DNA from: Bacteroidota bacterium
GTDB taxonomy: Bacteria > Bacteroidota > Ignavibacteria > SZUA-365
Direction: 5' to 3'
Length of the DNA: 64,000 nt
NCBI GenBank assembly: GCA_029907355.1
Contig: JARYLZ010000004.1
Location: 5,007-69,006, forward strand
In this document: positions 1 through 9,813 of the stretch, piece after piece
Numbering within the stretch: position 1 is the stretch's first letter
Layout: the number at the start of each line of letters is the position of its first letter
Program-made: the position numbers and the translations under genes
The notes under the pieces: model-generated
Seen by the model: only the letters and a program-made list of their open reading frames with translations
Database searches by the model: none
Told to the model about the DNA's origin: nothing

Positions 1-1361
1 AAGATCTAGAGACGGAGGAAGTTCAGGAGGAAATTCCGGAACTTCGAGAAATGTTGTCTGATAAAGAAGAAGAAGAGAGGGGTGAAAGTGCCGAAACCAT
101 TGAACCGGTCGCCGAATCGACGGATATGGATGATCCAGTCGGGCAAGAAATTGCGGAACACGAAGAAGATGAGCATACGTGGGAGGATTTCGCCGAGGAA
201 GACGACGGATGCAATCAGCGAACGTGGTATGACCGTGACGATGACAGGGACTACCCGACTCCCGCGAACGTTTCGCTAAAGGAACATCTAATACAGCAGG
301 TCCATTTGCTCGAACTGGAGCAGAGGTTGATCTTTCTTGCCGAAGAAATCATCTGGAATGTCGATGAAGACGGTTATCTTCGGAGGCATCTTGGTGAAAT
401 CTTGCACGATGTGAACCACGAGCACGACACGGGAATCACCGTGGAAGAGGCGGAAAAAGTGCTCACAAAGATCCAAAGACTTGACCCACCAGGCTTCGCT
501 GCACGGAATCTCCGAGAATGCCTCCTCGTTCAGGTCGAGGTCGCCGAAGATCATAGCACCGCACGGATCATCGCGAAAAAAATCCTGCAAGATTGTTTCG
601 ACCATTTCCAAAAAAAACATTTCGAAAAAATCCAACAGGAACTCCATATCGACGAAGGTCTTCTCCGTAAAGCTATCGAGTACATCACGCGCCTGAACCC
701 CAAGCCGGGGGAGGGGACATTCACACCGGAGTTGAATCAAGTTATCCCCGATTTCTCCGTCACGCGAGAAAAAGATGAACTCATCATTACCCTGAATGAC
801 CATGGAATACCGCCGCTTCGACTGAGCAAAAGGTACATGGAAATGTACCGTCAACGCAGAAAGGACCCGGAAACCCGTCGCTTTATCAAACAGAAAATGG
901 ACTCTGCGAAGTGGTTCATTCAAGCGATTTCGCAACGTCGTCAAACCATGCTTGCCGTGATGCATGCGATCGTGGAAAAGCAACGCGATTGGTTCGAGAA
1001 CGGGCCGGGGTATTTAAAACCCCTGATTTACCGAGATATCGCCGATGTGATCCGGATGGATATTTCGACGATCTCGCGGACGGTGAATCGGAAGTACGTT
1101 CAGACAGAGTGGGGCGTCTATGAACTACGATATTTTTTCAGCGAGGGTATACCAACGGCGAACGGCATAGAAGTCTCGAACACCGAGGTGAAAAATCTCA
1201 TTAAGCGAATCATCGAAGAAGAAAATCCTAAAAAACCTCTCAGCGACGAGGCTATTACCGCGAAACTGAGGGAACGTGGCTTTGATATTGCAAGGCGGAC
1301 CGTAGCAAAATACCGCGAAGCCCTCGGCATTCCCGTCTCCCGCCTCCGGGTTAGATTCTAA
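1..1361 (+). CDS. rpoN: RNA polymerase sigma-54 factor, 5'-partial; the reading frame is open to the window edge and the track's Met at 51 is internal
   Basis: C-terminal RpoN box 'ARRTVAKYRE' and an HTH 'ISTISRTVNRKYV'. Upstream of that is an acidic, Glu-rich region II-like stretch. The frame carrying 51..1361 has no stop back to nt 3. Confidence 0.85.
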   Translation, partial: DLETEEVQEEIPELREMLSDKEEEERGESAETIEPVAESTDMDDPVGQEIAEHEEDEHTWEDFAEEDDGCNQRTWYDRDDDRDYPTPANVSLKEHLIQQVHLLELEQRLIFLAEEIIWNVDEDGYLRRHLGEILHDVNHEHDTGITVEEAEKVLTKIQRLDPPGFAARNLRECLLVQVEVAEDHSTARIIAKKILQDCFDHFQKKHFEKIQQELHIDEGLLRKAIEYITRLNPKPGEGTFTPELNQVIPDFSVTREKDELIITLNDHGIPPLRLSKRYMEMYRQRRKDPETRRFIKQKMDSAKWFIQAISQRRQTMLAVMHAIVEKQRDWFENGPGYLKPLIYRDIADVIRMDISTISRTVNRKYVQTEWGVYELRYFFSEGIPTANGIEVSNTEVKNLIKRIIEEENPKKPLSDEAITAKLRERGFDIARRTVAKYREALGIPVSRLRVRF

Positions 1362-1370
1362 TCCCTTCTC

Positions 1371-1913
1371 ATGCAACAGCGAAATTCAACCCACTCCACT
1401 ACCGTCGTCGGTGTGATCCGCGATGGAAAGGCGGTTATCGGTGCCGACGGCCAGGTTACGATCGGCCAAACCGTGATGAAACATAACGCACGAAAAGTCC
1501 GGAAGATGTTTAACGGGACTGTCCTTGCAGGCTTTGCCGGGTCGGCGGCTGACGCACTCACTCTTTCGGATAAATTCGAAGAAAAGCTCGAACAATATCA
1601 TGGGAATTTCGAACGTGCAGCCGTTGAACTCGCCCGCGATTGGCGGACAGATAAATATCTCCGAAGGTTGGAAGCATTACTCGCCGTGCTCACTACGGAA
1701 AAAGCTCTCATCATATCGGGAACGGGCGACGTCATCGAACCTGACGACGGGATCATCGCGATAGGGTCCGGGGGTAGTTATGCATTGGCTGCCGCTCGCG
1801 CCCTCATGCGCTTTACGGATCTCCCTGCACGAAGCATCGTCGAAGAGTCATTGCGTATTGCAGCGGACATCTGCATATACACCAACAGAAATCTCCTCAT
1901 AGAAGAGCTCTAA
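1371..1913 (+). CDS. hslV: ATP-dependent protease subunit HslV
   Basis: Aligns along its full length with HslV: 'TTVVGV..GADGQVT.G.TVMK...[10 protein letters not shown]...[14 protein letters not shown]...ICIYTN'. It lies immediately upstream of hslU. Confidence 0.9.
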   Translation: MQQRNSTHSTTVVGVIRDGKAVIGADGQVTIGQTVMKHNARKVRKMFNGTVLAGFAGSAADALTLSDKFEEKLEQYHGNFERAAVELARDWRTDKYLRRLEALLAVLTTEKALIISGTGDVIEPDDGIIAIGSGGSYALAAARALMRFTDLPARSIVEESLRIAADICIYTNRNLLIEEL

Positions 1914-1921
1914 TTTATTGA

Positions 1922-3280
1922 ATGGAAAAGGATTATACCCCTTTACCCGAAGAAGAACTAACACCGAAAAGGATCGTAGAGGAACTTGACCGCTTCATCG
2001 TCGGTCAAGAGGATGCAAAACGCTCCGTCGCCATCGCTCTACGAAACAGGTGGAGAAGGCAAATGGTCGATCCAGCTTTCCGTGATGAGATCATGCCGAA
2101 CAATATCATCCTGATCGGACCGACTGGCGTAGGGAAAACAGAAATCGCTCGCCGCCTTGCCCGATTGACGGGTGCGCCGTTCATCAAGGTCGAAGCGACC
2201 AAGTACACGGAGGTCGGCTATGTCGGACGTGATGTCGAATCCATCATCCGCGATCTGGTGGAGATCGCCGTAAACCAAGTCCGTGCCGAGAAAACCCGCG
2301 AGGTTCAAAAAAAGGCGGAAGATCTCGCCGAGGAACGATTGCTTGACATACTTTACCCGGAACGCAAGATGCCGGATGGGGATGAACCCCGACATTCGGA
2401 AACGCGTGAGAAAATACGGGAAAGACTCCGCGCCGGTCTTTTCGACGACAAGATGGTGGAAATCGATCTCACGATAACCGGTGCGCCGACGATGCAGATC
2501 TTCGGGCCGTTGGGTTTCGAGGATATGGGAATCGACTTCCAAAATCTGCTCCGCTCAATGCTCCCGAAAAAAACGCGATCGCACAAACTCACTGTGAAAG
2601 AGGCGAGAATTCTCCTCCAACAGGACGAGGCTCAAAAACTCATCGACACGGAACACGTGACGAAAACGGCCCTCGAACGCGTGCAGATGTCGGGTATCGT
2701 GTTCCTCGATGAGATTGATAAGATCGCCGGAAAAAGCACACAGAGCTCGAACATAGATGTATCCCGAGAAGGGGTTCAACGGGACCTTCTCCCGATCGTC
2801 GAAGGGACCACCGTCAACACGAAATACGGGCCGGTGAAGACCGACCATATTCTCTTCATCGCTTCGGGAGCTTTTCACGTGTCGAAACCCTCCGACCTCA
2901 TCCCTGAGTTACAGGGACGCTTCCCGATTCGGGTGGAACTTCAAAGCCTGACAACGGAAGATTTCGTCAAGATTCTCACGCTTCCGGAAAACGCCCTCCT
3001 CAAGCAATATCAAGCATTGCTGGCGACGGAAGGCGTTACTCTCCGATTCACCGACGATGCGATACGCGCTGTCGCACAAACAGCGGCCGAGGTCAACGAG
3101 AACGTCGAAAACATCGGAGCGCGGCGGTTGCATACAATCCTGACGACCCTCCTCGAACAAATCCTTTTCGAGGTTCCCAACCCATCGCTACCCTCCGAGA
3201 TCGTCATCGACGCAGCCGCTGTCGAACATCGACTGGTTGGTATCGTCCGGGACAAGGACTTGAGCCGCTATATCCTTTGA
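1922..3280 (+). CDS. hslU: ATP-dependent protease ATPase subunit HslU
   Basis: Walker A '[15 protein letters not shown]' within an AAA+ architecture. Length 452 aa. Adjacent to hslV. Confidence 0.9.
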   Translation: MEKDYTPLPEEELTPKRIVEELDRFIVGQEDAKRSVAIALRNRWRRQMVDPAFRDEIMPNNIILIGPTGVGKTEIARRLARLTGAPFIKVEATKYTEVGYVGRDVESIIRDLVEIAVNQVRAEKTREVQKKAEDLAEERLLDILYPERKMPDGDEPRHSETREKIRERLRAGLFDDKMVEIDLTITGAPTMQIFGPLGFEDMGIDFQNLLRSMLPKKTRSHKLTVKEARILLQQDEAQKLIDTEHVTKTALERVQMSGIVFLDEIDKIAGKSTQSSNIDVSREGVQRDLLPIVEGTTVNTKYGPVKTDHILFIASGAFHVSKPSDLIPELQGRFPIRVELQSLTTEDFVKILTLPENALLKQYQALLATEGVTLRFTDDAIRAVAQTAAEVNENVENIGARRLHTILTTLLEQILFEVPNPSLPSEIVIDAAAVEHRLVGIVRDKDLSRYIL

Positions 3281-3286
3281 TGGGAT

Positions 3287-3916
3287 TTGCCGATGGAACG
3301 ACAAGAGAAAAACGTTCCCGCAATCGCCCGCTTCTGGCTGCTGCTTCTTGCGTTTGGGACGATTTTATGGATCGGGGGATTCACCGTGAGAGCTATCATC
3401 GCGAATGAGTTCTTCATCCCCGGCACGCTTGAGTTCCACCCCGAAATCACTATGGACCAAGAGTGTACGCTGTTTCAACTGCTCTACGCGACGTCGATAT
3501 TGGTTTTAATCTGTTATCTCGTCGTGTTGGTCTCGGCGGTCATGACTCTCCGAACACTTCCGCTCCGCGTGAAGGAAAACGGTTGGCTTCTCATGGCGGC
3601 GCTTCTCTTTTTCCTCTTTCTGCCGGTAGAAGCATTCACCGGTTACCTCGACGTCAAGTTCATCCTTCTCTGGAGGAAAACGCTCACGGCGATTCAAGCA
3701 CAAGGGTTGCAGGTATATGCCGAGTTCAGCGGGGCGATGCGCGAAACCTTATCGCATCGGATCGGCGCATTGGGCGGCTTACCCGTCATCGCGACGCTCT
3801 GTTATTTCACTGCGATAGCGGTCATCGTCTTCAAACCCTTGAGGACGGTTCTGCACGGTGATGAAACGTGCGGAATGCCCAGAGAGCATGAGGGCGCCCT
3901 CGCCGGAGAATCCTGA
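3287..3916 (+). CDS. hypothetical integral membrane protein with about four TM helices
   Basis: Four long hydrophobic segments. No recognisable catalytic motif. Confidence 0.45.
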   Translation: MPMERQEKNVPAIARFWLLLLAFGTILWIGGFTVRAIIANEFFIPGTLEFHPEITMDQECTLFQLLYATSILVLICYLVVLVSAVMTLRTLPLRVKENGWLLMAALLFFLFLPVEAFTGYLDVKFILLWRKTLTAIQAQGLQVYAEFSGAMRETLSHRIGALGGLPVIATLCYFTAIAVIVFKPLRTVLHGDETCGMPREHEGALAGES

Positions 3917-3927
3917 GGAGATTTCCC

Positions 3928-4197
3928 ATGGCGAAGCTGAAGCGGGAAGATATCCTCGAGGAACTCCGCCGCATTTGCGAACAGGTTGGTTACACCCTCC
4001 GATTCGAACGAGGCGATTTCGTCGGTGGGGCGTGCATTCTGCACAAGGAACGCGTTCTCGTGGTGAACACCCGTTCCTCCATCGAGCGGAAAATCGCCGT
4101 CATCGTCCGCGCTCTCGCGGAAATCGGGGTGGAAGGTGTGTACCTGAAACCCGCTATCCGTGAGCTCATCGAGGCAGAGCTGGGACATAAGCCATGA
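3928..4197 (+). CDS. hypothetical small protein of 89 aa
   Basis: Compact ORF with ordinary codon usage. Its stop overlaps the downstream HAD gene start as ATGA. No motif recognised. Confidence 0.35.
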   Translation: MAKLKREDILEELRRICEQVGYTLRFERGDFVGGACILHKERVLVVNTRSSIERKIAVIVRALAEIGVEGVYLKPAIRELIEAELGHKP

Positions 4198-4883
4198 TCC
4201 GGGCGGTTGTATTCGATCTCGACAATACCCTCGTCGACTTCATGCGGATGAAGAGAAACGCAGTCGAAGCGGGGATCCGTGCGATGATCGATGCCGGGCT
4301 GGCGCATACGGCTGAGGAGATCGACCGGACCGTCAACGAGATTTACGAGGAACAGGGTATCGAGTACCAGCGCGTCTTCAACATGCTTCTCGAACGGTTG
4401 ACGGGATCCGTTGAACATAAGATCTTGGCCGCCGGCATTATTGCGTACCGACGAGCGAGGGAAGCAATGCTCGTCCCGTACCCGCACGTTCACATGACAC
4501 TCTTTCGGCTTGCACGCATGGGCTTGAAGCTGGGCATCGTCTCCGATGCGCCACAGCTCGAGGCCTGGCTGCGCCTGTGTTATTTGAATCTCCATCACAT
4601 CTTCGACGCCGTCGTGACATTCGAGGACACCGGCCTTCGGAAACCCGATCCCGCTCCCTTCCGACGGGTACTCTCGCTCCTCGGCACCGAACCGAACGAG
4701 ACGCTCATGGTCGGGGATTGGGAGGAACGGGACATCATCGGGGCGGCGAATGTCGGTATGCTTACCGCATTCGCTCGGTATGGAGACACGTTCGGAACGT
4801 GCACGACGAGCGCTGATTACGAACTGCCCGACATTCGCCGCCTTATCGATATCGTCCGCGAGGCGAATGAGGGGAAAGGCTGA
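4194..4883 (+). CDS. HAD-superfamily hydrolase (phosphatase)
   Basis: N-terminal HAD motif I 'VVFDLDNTLVDF' and a distal 'GD' motif. Length 229 aa. Confidence 0.75.
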   Translation: MIRAVVFDLDNTLVDFMRMKRNAVEAGIRAMIDAGLAHTAEEIDRTVNEIYEEQGIEYQRVFNMLLERLTGSVEHKILAAGIIAYRRAREAMLVPYPHVHMTLFRLARMGLKLGIVSDAPQLEAWLRLCYLNLHHIFDAVVTFEDTGLRKPDPAPFRRVLSLLGTEPNETLMVGDWEERDIIGAANVGMLTAFARYGDTFGTCTTSADYELPDIRRLIDIVREANEGKG

Positions 4884-5278
4884 TGATCGTCGGTATCGGG
4901 ATCGATCTCGAGGAGGTCGGGCGTGTCGAAAAAGCCATCGAACGATGGGGCTCTCGTTTTCTGGAACGCATGTTTACGGACGAGGAAATTGCATACTGCT
5001 GCGGGAAGTTCCACCCTGCGCATCATTTTGCCGCGCGATTCGCAGCAAAGGAAGCGTTCGTCAAAGCGACAGGACTCGGCCGAAACAGTGGTTTCCGCTG
5101 GCGAGACGTCTCCGTGGTTAACGATGCTGCGGGAAAACCCTTTTTCCGACTGGCAGGAACTCACGACAATTTCCAGCCCCCAAACCGTATCCACCTTTCC
5201 ATCTCTCATATCCATTCCCACGTCGTCGCCGTCGTCGTCATCGAACGTCCGGAAGACAATGTGGAGTCAGAACCCTGA
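4883..5278 (+). CDS. acpS: holo-[acyl-carrier-protein] synthase (4'-phosphopantetheinyl transferase)
   Basis: 'MIVGIGIDLEEV...FAAKEAFVKA' is the AcpS signature. About 130 aa. Confidence 0.8.
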   Translation: MIVGIGIDLEEVGRVEKAIERWGSRFLERMFTDEEIAYCCGKFHPAHHFAARFAAKEAFVKATGLGRNSGFRWRDVSVVNDAAGKPFFRLAGTHDNFQPPNRIHLSISHIHSHVVAVVVIERPEDNVESEP

Positions 5279-5290
5279 CAAGGAGGCTGC

Positions 5291-6757
5291 ATGGTCCCCC
5301 GCACACGACGAATCCTGCTCATCGGTCCCGTTTTCTTCGCTCTTGCCTGCAGTGGTTGCTCGAAGGATGACAATGGAACCCAACCGCCGTCGAATAACAC
5401 GATCAGCGATGGCATCAGGCCGATCGTTTTCGTCCACGGTGCCCTCGAGGCTGCCGACGCTTTCGTCCCCTTGACCCAGCTTTTTGTAGCGAACGGTTAT
5501 ACGTGGGAACAATTGCATCCGGTAGATTTCGTCAACGTCCAGAGTGTATCGGGTACGGACGTGTCGGCCATGACCAATCAGCTCGCTTCCACCGTAGCCT
5601 CCGTCCTCGCATCATCAGGCGCAGATCGTGTCGATCTCGTCGCGCACGGTATTGGGGCACAAGCCGTGCAGAGGTATCTCGTCCAGAACGAAGGAACCGG
5701 CCGGACGGCGCATGTCGCCTTCCTTGCCGGGGTGTTCGATCCGTCCGTCAAGCTCAATGGGAGCCTCGTCCCCGGTCCATGCAAGTACATGGCTCTTCGA
5801 AGCAATGGAATGGACGCTCTCCAGAGCGGGAACAGCGGGCAGGGTATTCTGGAAGGCGCGGAAAATAGGGTCATCGCCGATGTTGATCACCAATACATCC
5901 TTACCGCCTCAGCATCCTTCAGCGCGCTCTATTCGTTCTTCACTGGACAACAACCTTCGACCGTCTCTCTCCCCGCGCCGGTGAACTTGAAGGAGTATAC
6001 CATTCGCTTCCGCGTGGTCAGCTTGTTCGACAACGCGCCCGTCGCAGGTGCAACCGTCAGTCTTTTCAGACTGAAAAAGAACCTTGCCGAACGCCAGACC
6101 GGTGGGCCATCTCCCGCGAAAACTGATGCCGACGGTTATGTCACGTTCACCCACCAAGTGAACCCGTTTTTCGACCTTGAAATCGCAGTAAGTGCAACGG
6201 GGTATCACGACATGCATATTTACCGTCAGCCATGGCGGGCGGATTCGCGCTTCGAACGATTGAAAGTGCTGCCGAAAACAGGGGGAAGTGCCTACCTCCA
6301 ATCCATCGTCCAGGAACTTCCCTTCAGCAATGGTCATGCCACGGTGCTCGTTTCCACCCCTTACCGGGCGTGGTACGATGGGCGAGATCGAGCAGTGATT
6401 GAAGCATACAATCAACAGGAACCGCCCGATTTCTATGGTTACAAGAAGGTGGAACTGGTCAACCCGCGCACAGCACCACTCCCGACATCGACGACGGCAG
6501 GGAAGAACACTTTCCTCATGTTCGTCTCCGACTTCGGCATGGATAAGACCGATGGCGGGGGGCCCGCAAACCAAGCCCTTCTCGAGTCGTTCGGCATCAG
6601 TTCCTATGATGTGTTCCTCAATACATCGGATGTATCGCTCAATTACGGCATCGTCACGGTGAACACGAAACAGCTCGCATTCCGGAATTTCCGCTCTCAG
6701 GGAACCACGCCGAACAATGGCGGAATCAGCATCGTCCAGTTCGACTACACCGAATGA
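5291..6757 (+). CDS. lipoprotein with an N-terminal alpha/beta-hydrolase (lipase-like) domain and a C-terminal Ig/CarbopepD-reg-like domain; the nucleophile elbow is atypical
   Basis: Signal peptide plus lipobox 'ALACSGC'. Lipase-like 'IVFVHG...DLVAHGIGAQAV', in which the expected GxSxG serine appears as Gly (AHGIG). Confidence 0.55.
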   Translation: MVPRTRRILLIGPVFFALACSGCSKDDNGTQPPSNNTISDGIRPIVFVHGALEAADAFVPLTQLFVANGYTWEQLHPVDFVNVQSVSGTDVSAMTNQLASTVASVLASSGADRVDLVAHGIGAQAVQRYLVQNEGTGRTAHVAFLAGVFDPSVKLNGSLVPGPCKYMALRSNGMDALQSGNSGQGILEGAENRVIADVDHQYILTASASFSALYSFFTGQQPSTVSLPAPVNLKEYTIRFRVVSLFDNAPVAGATVSLFRLKKNLAERQTGGPSPAKTDADGYVTFTHQVNPFFDLEIAVSATGYHDMHIYRQPWRADSRFERLKVLPKTGGSAYLQSIVQELPFSNGHATVLVSTPYRAWYDGRDRAVIEAYNQQEPPDFYGYKKVELVNPRTAPLPTSTTAGKNTFLMFVSDFGMDKTDGGGPANQALLESFGISSYDVFLNTSDVSLNYGIVTVNTKQLAFRNFRSQGTTPNNGGISIVQFDYTE

Positions 6758-6808
6758 TCGCATCACGCCAATTAAGCGATCCGTTACGAAATCAGAAGGA
6801 ATGTTGTT

Positions 6809-7759
6809 ATGCGCACGCGGGTCACCGAGATGTTCGGGATTCGTTACCCCGTCATTCAGGGCGGAATGGTATGGGTCGCTGGTTGGAGACTGGCTGCGGC
6901 CGTTTCGGAAGCGGGCGGCCTCGGGTTGATCGGTTCTGGCTCCATGAAAGCCGACGTACTCCGCGAGCACATCAGGAATGCCCATCAAGCAACACGCATG
7001 CCGTTCGGCGTGAATGTCCCTCTCTTACGGGAAGACGCGGAGGAACTGTTGCTTACCGCCCTTGAGGAAGGGATCACCATTTTTTTCACCTCGGCAGGTA
7101 ACCCGGAAAAATTCACGAAGCCACTCCTTGACAAACATTGCACGGTCGTGCACGTTGTCTCGTCGGTACGACAGGCAATCAAGGCATACATGGCGGGTTG
7201 CCATGCAGTAGTGGGCGAAGGGGTCGAAGCTGGCGGTCACAACGGCCCTGCCGAGATCTCAACGATGTGTCTGATCCCTCAACTGGTCGATGCCGTCCCG
7301 ATCCCGGTCATCGCTGCAGGAGGCATTGCGGATGGCAGAGGGTTGGCCGCAGCGCTTGCACTGGGAGCCGAAGCCGTCCAGGTGGGGACGCGATTTATCA
7401 CAGCGGTTGAATCATCGGCCCATGACACGTTCAAGCGCCTGGTGCTCGAAGCTGCGGATGATGGAACGGTTCTGACATTCCGTGCCCTCGCGCCGGTCCG
7501 TCTTCTGCGGACGCCGTTTGCCCGGCGCGTCATCGAGGCAGAACAACGCGGCGCCACGGTGGATGAACTTCGTCGACTTCTCGGTCGAAAAAGGGAGATG
7601 CGAGGCATGTCCGAAGGAGATGTCGAAGAAGGGCAATTCGAAGCGGGGCAGTGTGCCGCTCTCGTGAAAGACATCGCCCCGGCCTCCGCAATCATCGAAC
7701 GGATGATCACCGGGTGCCATAACGCCATCATGCGCGTCGCACGATTCACCGACTCGTGA
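6809..7759 (+). CDS. nitronate monooxygenase family protein, possibly enoyl-ACP reductase FabK
   Basis: 'YPVIQGGMVWVAGWRLAAAVSEAGGLGLIG' is the NMO/FabK FMN-binding signature. Length 316 aa. Confidence 0.7.
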   Translation: MRTRVTEMFGIRYPVIQGGMVWVAGWRLAAAVSEAGGLGLIGSGSMKADVLREHIRNAHQATRMPFGVNVPLLREDAEELLLTALEEGITIFFTSAGNPEKFTKPLLDKHCTVVHVVSSVRQAIKAYMAGCHAVVGEGVEAGGHNGPAEISTMCLIPQLVDAVPIPVIAAGGIADGRGLAAALALGAEAVQVGTRFITAVESSAHDTFKRLVLEAADDGTVLTFRALAPVRLLRTPFARRVIEAEQRGATVDELRRLLGRKREMRGMSEGDVEEGQFEAGQCAALVKDIAPASAIIERMITGCHNAIMRVARFTDS

Positions 7760-8784
7760 AAAAGAGCAGCCTTGCGCACCGATTGAACACTCCCTACATT
7801 GTCGACATGAACGCCGCGTATACCTTCTTGCCGCTACGTCTGAAGTATCTCCGCAGTACATTGTCCCTTGCCCTCTTCGTCACCGCTTCCATCCCGTGTC
7901 GTGGCGGGGGCGGCGAATCCGTTTTCGAGTTCCTGCGTATCCCGATGAATGCCCGTGCCGCTGCCCTCGGCAACACATTTCTCACGGTTCGGGACGATCC
8001 TGCAGCGATCTTTTCCAACCCTGCACTGATCGGTACAATCAAGAAGCCGGCCGCATCCCTCGGGTTCGTAAAGTATCTCATGGACATGAATGCGGGGTAC
8101 GCGTGCTACGGTCAATCGCTCAAAAGCATCGGCTGGGTCGGCGGAGGTGTCGTCTATATGAATTACGGAGATTTTACGGAAACGGATCGACTCGGAAATA
8201 TCATCGGCACGTTTGGGGTTCAAGATATCGCCGTGACTGCCGCGTATGGAAATCGGTGGGAAGCGCTTCATTACGGTGCTGCGATCAAGTTTATCCATTC
8301 TTCTATCGCGGAATGTTCGTCAACAGGACTTGCATTCGATGCTGGGATTGTCTACGAAATCCCATCGGAAAACATCCTCCTCGCAGCGAGTGTTTCGAAC
8401 GTCGGTGCCCAATTGTCACCGTTCGGTGATTCACGGGAAAGTCTTCCCTTCGAGTTTCGCGTCGGAGCCAGCACGAAACTCGAACATTTACCCCTTACTC
8501 TCGAATTGGATTTCCACAAGTTGAACGAATCTCGCGAGAACTTCCTCGATCATTTCTCGGCGTTCTCCATCGGCGGGGAATTCGTCCTCACCCCGAACCT
8601 GCGCGCACGTGTGGGGTACAACAACGAAATGCGCCGCGAACTGAAAATCGGGGAAAGAGCAAAACTCGCCGGTTTTTCCACCGGTTTCGGGATTTCCGTC
8701 TCAACATATGCCGTCGATTACGCTTTCACATCGTTCGGCGAGATCGGCTCGTTGCACCGTGTCTCGGTAGGCATCGTGTTCTGA
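7756..8784 (+). CDS. outer-membrane beta-barrel protein of the PorQ/PorV(LptO)-like T9SS-associated family; the specific family call is tentative
   Basis: 'FLRIPMNARAAALGNTFL...DPAAIFSNPA' N-terminal motif. The sequence has an alternating beta-strand character and a C-terminal 'VGIVF' ending in Phe. GTG start; an alternative ATG lies at 7807. Confidence 0.5.
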   Translation: MKKSSLAHRLNTPYIVDMNAAYTFLPLRLKYLRSTLSLALFVTASIPCRGGGGESVFEFLRIPMNARAAALGNTFLTVRDDPAAIFSNPALIGTIKKPAASLGFVKYLMDMNAGYACYGQSLKSIGWVGGGVVYMNYGDFTETDRLGNIIGTFGVQDIAVTAAYGNRWEALHYGAAIKFIHSSIAECSSTGLAFDAGIVYEIPSENILLAASVSNVGAQLSPFGDSRESLPFEFRVGASTKLEHLPLTLELDFHKLNESRENFLDHFSAFSIGGEFVLTPNLRARVGYNNEMRRELKIGERAKLAGFSTGFGISVSTYAVDYAFTSFGEIGSLHRVSVGIVF

Positions 8785-8803
8785 AATCGAAGGGAGACCT
8801 TCG

Positions 8804-9805
8804 ATGTCCGATCCTCAGCGACGCCTTCGTCTCGTAAGCGTGATCATCGTACTTCTCCTTGCGTGGGGGACGGGCGGATACATGCTGCTGGAAGGATTCG
8901 CATTGCTCGATGCCATGTACATGACGATGATCACGCTCGCAACAGTAGGGTATGGCGAGGTAAGGCCGCTCTCCGATGCAGGGAGGGTCTTCACCATCTT
9001 TCTCATTTTGATGGGCGTTGGGACCCTTGCCTACGGTGCGACGCAACTAACGGAATTGCTGCTTGACGGCGAGGTCTTCAAGAGGAAACGAAGAGAGAAA
9101 AAGGTGGCACGAATGAAGAACCATGTGATCATTTGCGGGTACGGCCTCATCGGACGGAATCTGGCGGAACGTCTCGGCAAGTCCGATGTGCCGTTCGTGA
9201 TCATCGAGTCCGATCCCGATACCTTATCGCGTCTACAGAGAGAAGGAATCATATTCATTGAGGGAGATGCGTGCGAGGACGCCGTCCTGCAAAGGGCGGC
9301 GATCCGGGAGGCGCGGGCGGTCGTCACGACGTTGAGCAACGATGCGGACAACGTCTATATCATACTTGCTGTCCGAGCCATGAACCCGTCGGTGTACATC
9401 GTCGCCCGCGCGGAACAACCGGAAAGCATTCCCAAATTGCGACAGGCGGGGGCGAATCGAGTGATCTCACCGGTTGAAATCGGCAGCCATTACATGGCCA
9501 ACGCCGTGCTTCACCCGTCCGTCGTGGATTTCATGGACGTCGTCGCGGAAACGAAACTCGATAAGTCGAGCGATCTGGAAATTGAGGAAGTTCATGTAGC
9601 GACAGGATGCCCATTGGACGGGCGAATGTTGAAAGACACCGGTATCCGGACCGATCGAAACATCATCGTGCTCGCCGTGAAATCCGGCAACGGAAACCTC
9701 GTGTACAACCCACCGGAGGAGTATGTGATCCGAGCAAACGACACGCTTATCTGCATCGGTTTTCTCGACCAGCTCACCCTTCTCCAAAAAGAGGCGGAAC
9801 ACTGA
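8804..9805 (+). CDS. potassium channel protein with RCK (TrkA-N/TrkA-C) domains
   Basis: Selectivity filter 'TVGYGEV'. Rossmann 'ICGYGLIGRNLAERL'. C-terminal TrkA-C-like region. Confidence 0.8.
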   Translation: MSDPQRRLRLVSVIIVLLLAWGTGGYMLLEGFALLDAMYMTMITLATVGYGEVRPLSDAGRVFTIFLILMGVGTLAYGATQLTELLLDGEVFKRKRREKKVARMKNHVIICGYGLIGRNLAERLGKSDVPFVIIESDPDTLSRLQREGIIFIEGDACEDAVLQRAAIREARAVVTTLSNDADNVYIILAVRAMNPSVYIVARAEQPESIPKLRQAGANRVISPVEIGSHYMANAVLHPSVVDFMDVVAETKLDKSSDLEIEEVHVATGCPLDGRMLKDTGIRTDRNIIVLAVKSGNGNLVYNPPEEYVIRANDTLICIGFLDQLTLLQKEAEH

Positions 9806-9813
9806 ACCAACGC

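Noticed and set aside
3990-4598. 202-aa minus-strand ORF overlapping the HAD hydrolase and the small-protein gene
   Set aside because: An antisense open frame with skewed composition. The sense-strand genes carry clear motifs.
5909-6988. 359-aa minus-strand ORF antisense to the lipase-like lipoprotein and the fabK-like gene
   Set aside because: It is Arg/Pro/Gly-rich with low-complexity composition typical of a GC-rich antisense frame. It overlaps two well-supported plus-strand genes across their junction and shows no motif.
9607-9813. N-terminal 69 codons of track ORF 9607..10617 overlapping the K+ channel gene
   Set aside because: Arg-rich, non-protein-like translation read in an alternative frame of the channel's RCK domain. 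The CPBP protease most plausibly begins at the first Met after the channel stop (9814).
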